DNA of 64,000 nt, from assembly GCF_964204645.1 (NCBI RefSeq), contig NC_134027.1, positions 15,284,485 through 15,348,484 on the forward strand. The letters are read 5' to 3'. Made by a program: the position numbers and the translations under genes. Below the pieces are notes generated by a model that did no database searches, was not told the origin of the DNA, and saw only the letters and a list, made by a program, of their open reading frames with translations. Positions 36,694 through 45,379 of the stretch are shown one piece after another. Numbering within the stretch: the first letter of the stretch is position 1; every line of letters starts with the position of its first letter. Source of the stretch: Tubulanus polymorphus (taxonomy: Eukaryota > Animalia > Nemertea).

Positions 36694-37288
36694 TTATTTT
36701 AGTTAATTTTTGTTCTGATTCATTTTCTGTTTCAACGTTTTGTTGTAGTACATCTGTTTCGTTCTTACCTGATTTATATTCCATAGGTTTGATATTCGAA
36801 AATGTTATAACTCCAGTAGAAATTAATGTCATAACCGATCCTAATTGAAATGAAGCATAACCAACCCATTTTTGTAATTCAGTCATAACTAAATAGTCAT
36901 TTTTCAAATCATTATATAGTTTATTTTCATCATCAATTGGTATTAACTGGTTACATAATTTTGAATAACATTTAACAATACCATCTGAAATAGAATCATT
37001 TATTCTAGCTAATCGAGCTTCTTCATAAATCTTAAAATATTTTATTACTTTATCGGGTTTCATAGAGTCTAGTTCTTTAAAAGTTATTATTTTTCCTAAG
37101 AAGTCCTTAGATTTCCCGCCAGCAATTAATAATTCAAGATGATGCTTACAATATAAGTAGTATTCATAATCTATATTGTTATTAACTTGAGCACAATTAG
37201 TTGCAACTGTATCTTTATTATCACTAATACCTAAATCATCTAATGTCTTTTCAATATCAATATTATTCTTATTAGATTTCTTTGACAT
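36686..37288 (-). CDS. Hypothetical protein (200 aa)
   Basis: Open ORF with an ATAAATG start. A conserved homologue lies at 15220-15570. Confidence 0.8.
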   Translation of the reverse strand: MSKKSNKNNIDIEKTLDDLGISDNKDTVATNCAQVNNNIDYEYYLYCKHHLELLIAGGKSKDFLGKIITFKELDSMKPDKVIKYFKIYEEARLARINDSISDGIVKCYSKLCNQLIPIDDENKLYNDLKNDYLVMTELQKWVGYASFQLGSVMTLISTGVITFSNIKPMEYKSGKNETDVLQQNVETENESEQKLTKINE

Positions 37289-37617
37289 TTATATTAGAGA
37301 AAAAAAGCAAAAAAAATATTATAAGTATTCTTCAAATGATACTAGATAGTTAAAGTTAAAGAACTCTAGTATTGACTACTGATACTAGCTATTTGAATTT
37401 AAAGAATTTCTATTTGAATCTATTCAAAATATAAAGTATTCTCTTTTTGAAAAGAAAATATTAAAAATATAACAGAATTCACTAGCAGTTGAAGTTATTG
37501 TTTTTTTAATATATTTTATTTGAATTCTATTTGATATCACCATGTGGGTGCCGTACGGCACCATCTCACTACTTTTGTTTATCTATTAGGAGCAGTAGTT
37601 ATAACTGTCCAGATAAG

Positions 37618-38292
37618 TCATTTCGGATCCTTGATATCAAATTCCTCAACATATTGTTCATTCTGTGGGTTACTATTCCACCAATCAATAAATTTCCTTG
37701 CTTTATTCAACTGTTCCAAATATAATTGTAAATCTAGATTATTAGATTTGGTTTGATTTTCTTTCTTTTCTAAAGGCCTTAAATTTTTCCAACCCCAAAT
37801 AAGTTTTTTATTGTATTCATCATTCATGTTAAATTTAGATATTGGTAACACGTGATCAATATGGTAATAATCCCCATAATTATCTATATTCATTTTATCA
37901 TCGAATTGAAATATTATCCATGATTTGAGAAATTCATCTGAACAACCCAATAAATTAGATAGTGTTTCTGAATGTGTTTCTTTGTTGAATAATTGTGTTA
38001 ATCTAGACCGTAAACATTGTTTCAATCTAAAATTAAGATCTGTTTGATATCTTTCTCTCATATATTCTGTCATATAATCATTATAAGATTCTCTATTATC
38101 TTCTCGGTATTGTTTGGTATATAGTTTAAAACAAGTTTTGCAGCAATATTGAAAACCATCTTTGCTAATCTTACGCTTACTAAATTCTGTTAATGATTTA
38201 TCTAATTCACATTTAGAACACTTTTTGTAATATATGTTTATAACGCCAGTGTTATTTGTAATATTGATAGTTTGTGGTTGTTCTGGTTCCAT
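37618..38292 (-). CDS. HNH (His-Me finger) endonuclease with an N-terminal Cys4 finger
   Basis: CSKC...CKTC; HIDHVLPIS...NLRPLEKKENQTKSN. Confidence 0.85.
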   Translation of the reverse strand: MEPEQPQTINITNNTGVINIYYKKCSKCELDKSLTEFSKRKISKDGFQYCCKTCFKLYTKQYREDNRESYNDYMTEYMRERYQTDLNFRLKQCLRSRLTQLFNKETHSETLSNLLGCSDEFLKSWIIFQFDDKMNIDNYGDYYHIDHVLPISKFNMNDEYNKKLIWGWKNLRPLEKKENQTKSNNLDLQLYLEQLNKARKFIDWWNSNPQNEQYVEEFDIKDPK

Positions 38293-38430
38293 TTATTATA
38301 CGTATTTTTTTACTAAATTGGTTAACATTTTAGAATCCTCTTCCATTTCTCCGACTAACGTCATCCTTTTTCATTCCTCGCTGCTTTTGATAAGTTGTTT
38401 CGATTCCTTGATATCTAAATAATACCACTG

Positions 38431-38790
38431 GGCAAAACCGCTCTTATAGGAGCGCTTTTGCTTAATGCGCATGCGCTAATTATAATTATATATTCATTCT
38501 GTAAATTCTGTAAAATAGAAACGACTGACATAAAATATCAAAACGTGTTCGCACTAAGCAAAACCGCTCTTATAGGAGCGTTTTTGATCAATGCGCATGC
38601 GCTAATCATAATTATATTTACATAATGAATATATAATTATGTAAATAGAAACAACTGAACATAGAAAATTCAAACACATATGCATGAGGCAAAACCGCTC
38701 TTATAGGAGCGCTTTTGCTTAATGCGCATGCGCTAATTATAATTATATATTCATTCTAGAAATAGAAACGACCGAACATAAAAATTCATC
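38431..38790. promoter_or_regulatory. Three ~130-bp tandem units, each with a hairpin and an NRF1-type TGCGCATGCGC site
   Basis: GCAAAACCGCTCTTATAGGAGCG(C/T)TTTTG..AATGCGCATGCGCTAAT at 38432, 38558 and 38689. The regulatory role is inferred. Confidence 0.6.
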
Positions 38791-39740
38791 AATCAGATTT
38801 ACACAATATATTATACAAGTTGTTCGGTCGTTTCTTCCAATACATCATTTGATTTCTATAAATACAATTTATAATTACAAACATTTTTTCAATTGCTGGT
38901 AAATATTTAACTACATCAACAAATGTTAAACTTAATCATTGGAGTCTTAATGTTTTTGAAATTCTTATATAGTTTCTTCAACGATCTTTGGTGATTCTTG
39001 TGTTTCTTGTGCTAATTTCTATTGGTTTGATATCCATTGCTGTTGATTCCTCAGTCAGAAAGAGTATCTTGAGTTTCTCTATCACTTCTTGATGCGTATG
39101 GCGTTTTATTAATCTAAAAGATATTAGCGGTAACTCTAGCAATCTAAAAGATATTCTAAATACGCTTAAATATATCTAAAGGTTTCATATTTAATAGCTC
39201 TAATAACTACAACAAACAGTACTTACATTTAGATTTATAATTGTAAACTATAAACTCCTTATTTCGTTTCGAAAGATAGAATATCCTGAGCACAATATTA
39301 CTGCGTATATCCATTTCCGGGGCGATTTCTAGAATGAACACGTTGATTATGCCACGTCATCTAGTTCCGGTTCTAGAGTGTTCTCTCTCTACACCTGAAT
39401 GATGAGTCATAATGTCTCGTTGTTATAGTAACAACTGTAACAGCTGTGAATTTATAGATTTATTCTATAGCGGCTCTGTACATTGAATGTATATAGGCGG
39501 CTCAAATAGAATCATGTTCTAGTATAAACATCTAGAACAAGCGTGTTGAGACTTGTAAATTATGAGATTTGTGATTCACTACGTTCACTGTATACACAAC
39601 GTGTTGAAGTTGAAAAAAACAATAATAAAAGCATTTAGATTAATGAAATTAATTAACTCTTTACAATTGAAATATAAGCTGGTAACATATGTTTATTAGA
39701 GCTAATACAACCAACTATATAGCTGAGTATTATCAGGTGT

Positions 39741-39914
39741 TTATAACGATTCAACATATTTTTCACTATGTGTTGAGTTCCTTAATTCGATAAATGTCTT
39801 TGCTTTAACCAACTGGACTAAAAACAAATGTGTTCTAGTTTTATTGTGTCTTGCTTTTTGGGATTTATCTATATCGATATTACATGTTGGGCAGTAGTAT
39901 TTATTTGCTTCCAT
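39741..39914 (-). CDS. 57-aa ORF starting in the right TIR (polB zinc finger fused to an HNH-like C-terminus)
   Basis: MEANKYYCPTCNIDIDKSQKARHNKTRTH-LFLVQLVKAKTFIELRNSTHSEKYVESL*. Confidence 0.5.
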   Translation of the reverse strand: MEANKYYCPTCNIDIDKSQKARHNKTRTHLFLVQLVKAKTFIELRNSTHSEKYVESL

Positions 39915-40181
39915 TTTAATACTATATTTTTTATTAAAATTGATTTTAGAAGTTCAATGATTTAAATGTTATTCATTTATGTGAATATTTTAAGAGTAAT
40001 AGGGATAATAGGCTTTCGTATCAAAGGTTGAAGGGGCGAGTGAGTAAAAAAATGAAAATAATAATAATTTACAGTTGAATTAGGAGTGTGCGCGACTAAT
40101 TCAACTGTAAATTATTATTTTCATTTTTTTACGAGCTCGACCCTTCGACCTTTGGTATGAAAGCCTATTATCCCTATTACT
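39826..40181 (-). repeat. Right terminal inverted repeat (356 bp)
   Basis: Reverse complement of 26858-27213, followed by the TSD AATGCA. Confidence 0.93.
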
Positions 40182-40280
40182 AATGCATTTTATTCTATGT
40201 ATAGGTATTTAAATTTTCTACAATTCCCATCACCCTGAATGGCTTTGCAGAAAACCTGTCATCGCTGCTTTGCAGCTCTA

Positions 40281-42037
40281 TTTTTACCTTCATGACGTAG
40301 TCATGAAGGTTATAAGATGGTAGTGAGTCAATGACGTCATTTTTGTGTCGCCGCTTATAACTTGTTGGTTGGAGTTCAGAGGATGATTTTTCAAACGAAT
40401 AAATACTTCAATCTTATTAATGCAGAGTGTGAAATTTCGCTTTTTTAAGATATTTCCCTAAATTATTAGCAAATGCCGATAGTAAGACCGTGGGAAAGTT
40501 TTTATCGTTGAATGGGCGAATCACGGCGGCAGAGTGCACGTGTGATAAGGTGGAAATATTTCCATGTGAAGGCGAAGCTTTTAAATGATTAGACAGTCGG
40601 AGGTGGTTTATCAACTTTTTTCAACTATAGTGCTGCTATTTTCCCAATCAACTTGCTAGATTTTGATCGTTTCTCACAAGTCAACACTTGTAATTCAAGT
40701 GTGATTTTGATGTGTGTAGAGATACATCGTAACTAGTGTATTGAATGGCGGCGCCATGTTTAAGCTGCGCGTCGTATGTCGATCGTTGAATAGTGGAATT
40801 ATAGGGTGGAATTATCTTGATTGTACCCATACGAAGCTTATTAAAGGTTAGTGTCAACAAATGGTCCATTACACTCCCTCTAATTTATGTGGAGAGACTC
40901 TTAACCGGCAAAACCGTGGTCTGTTTCGTATTATCGTTGGCCTACGTGACTGACCTTGCTTGAGCGTTCGCTGCCGGCGCGCCGCTTCAAAATTATGAAT
41001 AAAGAACTGTATAACTGATTGTTAATGACATACAACAAATAAACCTTTAAAGAAAGGTACCTAGCGTCTGACATTCTACTGAAAAATCCCGGATTGATCC
41101 ACCGCATAGTTTTTTGATAGTGAGCATTTTAGTATATGAATCAATTTAGATGATTGACAGACACGGGTGCGGTCGTATCAGCTGTTGAAGACGTTCGATG
41201 TAAACAATAATTTTAAGCACGTGCGCGATGAAAACAGGGACATCAAACTAAGAAGCACTTTTTAATTACATGTGATTTCAATAGGCATCTGTGCTATTTT
41301 AAAAAAAAAGTTGAATCTTAATTGACTCCTATTACATAGGCCTAAGCCAGGACCTCTGGAATTAAATTGAATTCGACACAGTAATTTGCCTGTAATTTGC
41401 GATGAATCTTTTTGAAAACTAGCATGAAGATTGGGTCTGGCGAGATGTCCACTCATATTGTAAAAAAAGGTCATTGGTGATCAAATATGGCTGCCATTGG
41501 GGTGGCCATGTTAAATTTCTTGTTTGCACGATGCAGCCCGTAATTCTTGATGGATTTCCACAAAATTTGGTGTGAGGATCAGGGTCAAGCTGTCCATGCC
41601 TTTTGTATATGGAGGTCATCGGCCTTCAAATATGGTCGCCAAGTCAGCCATCTTGAATTGCTAGCACGAAACGGCCTGCAATTCTTGATGCATTTACAAG
41701 ATACTAGGTGTAAGAATTTTGGTAGGTGAAATGTCTACCCCTTGTGTCCACCAGGGTTGCCATCCATCTTGGATTCATTTTTTCAGCACGATGCCTACAC
41801 CAATTCTTGATGCATTTTTTCATGTAGTGTGATCTTTGGGGCAGCTAAAATGGGCTTATCTTTTCATGTAAGGATATATTAACAGAAAATGAACATAATC
41901 GCCACATAGCCTATACCTCTTAACTATTTTAAAACTAGTTAAATCGTTACAATGTAAATGATTCTGTAAAACTTTGAATACTGAATCATTCTTCTTCTAC
42001 TGCGTCATGAAGGTACAAGGCCCGTGGGCCTCTTGTT
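40281..42037 (+). mobile_element. Helentron-associated non-autonomous element (HINE)
   Basis: 5' TTTTACCTTCATGACGTAGTCATGAAGGT hairpin, 3' subterminal CGTCATGAAGGT, then stem-loop CAAGGCCCGTGGGCCTCTTGTT. Related sequence occurs at about 55100-55490. Confidence 0.7.
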
Positions 42038-42238
42038 CTATGATTCCTTTAATTTCGGCCGCATAGACGGTCAGAAAACCGGTTTTCGCTGCTTTGCAGC
42101 TATATTATGCTTTTATTATTTGTAGGAAATCATATTGTCGTGGACGAAGTGAATGTTCATTCCACTAGGCACTACACATTGGTTGGGGCCAATGATGCCA
42201 CCTTACTTTACCTAACCTTGTGATCTTTCTAATTTTAG

Positions 42239-42412
42239 GCTGTGTTTGGTCAAATAGTGTATGGAGAGACGTTATCAGTGTTATGGTGGCTAGGTGTTTG
42301 TCTTATTTTATCGGGACTGGTTGTCATTAGCCTTGGTGGCACTGATCTTGTGGACCAGGAAAAAGTTGAGGAAAATGAGAACAGCTATATCCGCTTTAAG
42401 AAAGAACAATAG
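42239..42412 (+). CDS. TMEM42: Transmembrane protein 42, last coding exon
   Basis: Acceptor ctaattttag|GCT. Encodes AVFGQIVYGETLSVLWWLGVCLILSGLVVISLGG...KKEQ* (TMEM42 GExxxxxWWxG pattern). Missing from the ORF track. The spliced product is 165 aa. Confidence 0.9.
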   Translation, partial: AVFGQIVYGETLSVLWWLGVCLILSGLVVISLGGTDLVDQEKVEENENSYIRFKKEQ

Positions 42413-42548
42413 TTCTGAGCAATTTATTTTCATCCGCGTGAATAAGTACTTCAGAATGTGTTTGTGATTCAGGTGCACATGTGTTGAGTAATGAAATGAC
42501 AATCTCATGCAGTCCAATTTCCTCTAATTAATTAAAAAGAGTGTTTAA

Positions 42549-45379
42549 CCCTTTGTTGCATGAAGCACTTTTAGTACTCATATTGGCTTGCCTTTGCATG
42601 AGTGGGGTTGTTAGGAGTCCTTTAGGCAATATATCACAATTTTTTTTCCAAATTTGCCAAATTCTACTCTGTGGCCCATGGTTACTCTAGTAACCATCAT
42701 GCATCAGTAATGTTTGGCAACTTGAGTAACCAAAATAGGATACATGCATTCACAACAATTTTTCTCCTTTTTTTCAGTTAGAATAGCTCCATAAAAGATA
42801 TAAAGGAAATAAAACTAACTTTTTTCTAAATGAACTCAACAAATTCTTTTATTTCTTATTAGAAAATTTCACGAAACAGTAATTTCACATTTTACAGGAC
42901 ATTCTGATGCTCACAAATTTACTCTCCATAACAGTGGTCCCTTGAACATTTTTATTTCCCATGAAAATTATAGAAACAGTTAGTCAGTCTGTCAATGCAT
43001 AAATAGATTCTACATTTCATGCACAAATACTTTGTACGTCTGTGGCAACCAGGAAATTTGCACCGTTTTGGGATTGAAGCTTCCTGTTTGGGAAGGTGCA
43101 TTCCGTGAAAGCGTACATAATCGGGGATATCAATAGCCCTAACAGAAGCGGTGCGGTGTCAGCAGGATTATCAGGACCTTGATTTCCATTCTCCTCATTC
43201 AAATTACATGTACCTTCATCAGAAGTCATCAGGCAATTAGCTACATCTATTTTGAAGTACGCCAGCTGGTTTACTTTTGGGACTTTAGCTCGAAGCAATG
43301 TCCAGGCATTACAAATACAGGGATCTACTAGATGGAATATAATCCTCTTATACCACTTTCTTGTTTTGAGTTTCGTCCTATACAATGACATGAGCATATC
43401 ACATTGATCAACCCCACCCATACATTTGTTGTAAGCTTTTATTATTTTAGGACAGGGTATTTCAATATACTTCTTGTTCTTCTTATCCCATCTCTTAGAA
43501 ACTTTCATCACCTCTACAGAATGTTTGTTTGAGCCAACTGTTACCACTTTATTATCAAACCACTTGCAAATTATAACTCCATCACTGCTTTTATAATCTA
43601 CAGAGCCATGACCTTATTTTCGTAATTCTTTCTCAGATTTCAAAGGGCATTTCCCATCTCTACCTTTTCTGAGAGTACATGTACCATATGCGTTATGCGA
43701 ACTCAACTCTAAAAGTAATTGCCGAGACGCAAAGTAGTTGTCAAATTAGAAATAGGTTTCTGCTGGTAACCCATTCACCAGATACAATACCACAGCTCCG
43801 CTTTTACCTACACCAGGTTGTGTCTCTAATTCAGGTACCTGATTATCCCCATAAAAGTAGAACTTATGTATGAAACCGGATTGCCCGGCCAGGGCCCAGA
43901 ATTTGTAACCTTATTTATTTGGTTTGTTGTTATTGTATGTCTTCAATGTGCTTTGGCCCTTGAAGGGTACAACCTGCTCATCTATCGTATAATGTGCCTC
44001 AAATTTTGCATATCTAGCAAATGATTTTGAACAAATGTCAAGTAATGGCCGCACTTTGTAAAGCCTATCGTAACCTCGCTCACCTTTTTGCTTCTGCAGC
44101 TCGTCGTCGCTGACATGTAAAAGATACATTATCTGGTCAAACCTGTTTACGGACATTGAATTTGAAACTACGGGTTGTTTGGTGTTTTTGGACCAATACA
44201 TCCTCCTAGGGGGGAGGTGAACCACGGACATATATAAAACTATTCCAAAAAATCTTTTCATTTCTATTGGTGTAATACTTTTTATTTTCTGTTTGTCTAA
44301 CTGAAACTTCAGACGGTTTGCCTCCTGAGCCAACAGTTCAAATGTTTTATCACCGCCGACCATCAATAAGAACATTTCAATGGCCGTAACTGTAGTTGCT
44401 GCTTCATTTCTCGGTTCTAATTTGTTCTCAGTTGACACGTGTACACTCAAGTCAGCGTGCACCCATTTCCATTCTTTTCTACCACTGAAATCCATAAAAA
44501 AAGACATTTAGTATTTGGTCAACCCCTTCAGTCTATGGGAGAAGCATCTACACAAGTTTCCAATACTTTTGCCAGCAACAGTAATTCATGGAGCCACTCA
44601 AATCCTGAAACCTGTAATATCTTACCTTTTTTCGGAGTTTGTCTTTGCTTTTCCTTTCTTATCATTAGGGCGACTCTTTTATTTTGTGGCGGCCCGTCTC
44701 CATGACTGTCGGGATCAATTTCATCCTCCGAGTCTGTTTCAGGTGCGTCCTCTGATTCTGTTCCATTACCACTAGCGGCGCCTGGTTCATACTCTGACTC
44801 ATCATCACCGTCTGATGCTGAAAATCTATTATCGTCACTTCCAGAAGGATAGTTGTCATCTTCCATATCGTCACCAGAAACACTTTCAATCTCAAATAAT
44901 TCATTATCATCCTCTAGAACCCTCTCCATCACCTCAGAAACATTTAGGAGTGTTCTTTTACTCCTGAAATAAAAATGACATTTCATCCGTGAATGCATGA
45001 CGGTTACTCAAGTGACCAGACAAGATTTACCATTGATGCGCGATGTTCACTTGAGTTCACTTTTCCATGACAACTCTTTGATGTTAGCATGTTCTATGCA
45101 ACATATATCATATATCTAACACTTAGTTTCATGAATGCAAGGCCTCACTGAGGTATACTGACTGTCTTTCTAAAAAAAATTGAAAACTCACCTTGCTGGC
45201 CTGGAGGCCGCCATCTTGGAACTATGAAACTCTCACGTAGAGCCACCTATCCAACATATATTGTACTAAGCTAGGTAAATAAAGTGTACATCTATGCATT
45301 GGTGGAAAATATTAAGCCATTGGTTATTAAGGCTAGATTTATCCTATGGTTACTTCAGTAACCAATATGCAACATAGGG
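42549..45379 (-). mobile_element. piggyBac DNA transposon with an intron-containing degenerate transposase
   Basis: TTAA-CCCTTTGTTGCAT ... ATGCAACATAGGG. Motifs TIDEQVVPFKG, YNKCMGGVD, KWYKRIIFH. Exon 45192-45214 splices (GTGAGT / TTTCAG) to 44963. Frameshifts present. Confidence 0.9.

Larger units (their letters stand above)
26858..40181 (+). mobile_element. Complete-ended Polinton/Maverick (adintovirus-like) element, 13,324 bp (copy B), in TMEM42 intron 2
   Basis: AGT...ACT termini, 6-bp TSD AATGCA (26852-26857 and 40182-40187) and 356-bp TIRs. ORFs for pPolB, penton, ATPase and integrase are all open. Confidence 0.96.

Noticed and set aside
38431-38790. CRISPR-like array (palindromic repeats with spacers)
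   Set aside because: The intervening sequences are homologous to each other (AAATAGAAAC.AC.GAACATA), there are only three units, there are no cas genes, and the context is eukaryotic. It is a tandem repeat.
39320-39540. Heat-shock-element-like TTCTAGAA/TCTAGA cluster in the Polinton arm
   Set aside because: No clean three-unit nGAAn array is present, and such short motifs are expected by chance in AT-rich DNA.
25224-40181. Copia-Polinton composite element
   Set aside because: The Polinton has its own TSD and TIRs, and copia sequence does not resume after 40187. This is an adjacent insertion next to an already truncated copia.
26858-40181. Contaminating phage, plasmid or free virus contig
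   Set aside because: It is flanked by a target-site duplication inside an intron of a correctly spliced host gene, and decayed relatives nearby carry host transposons.
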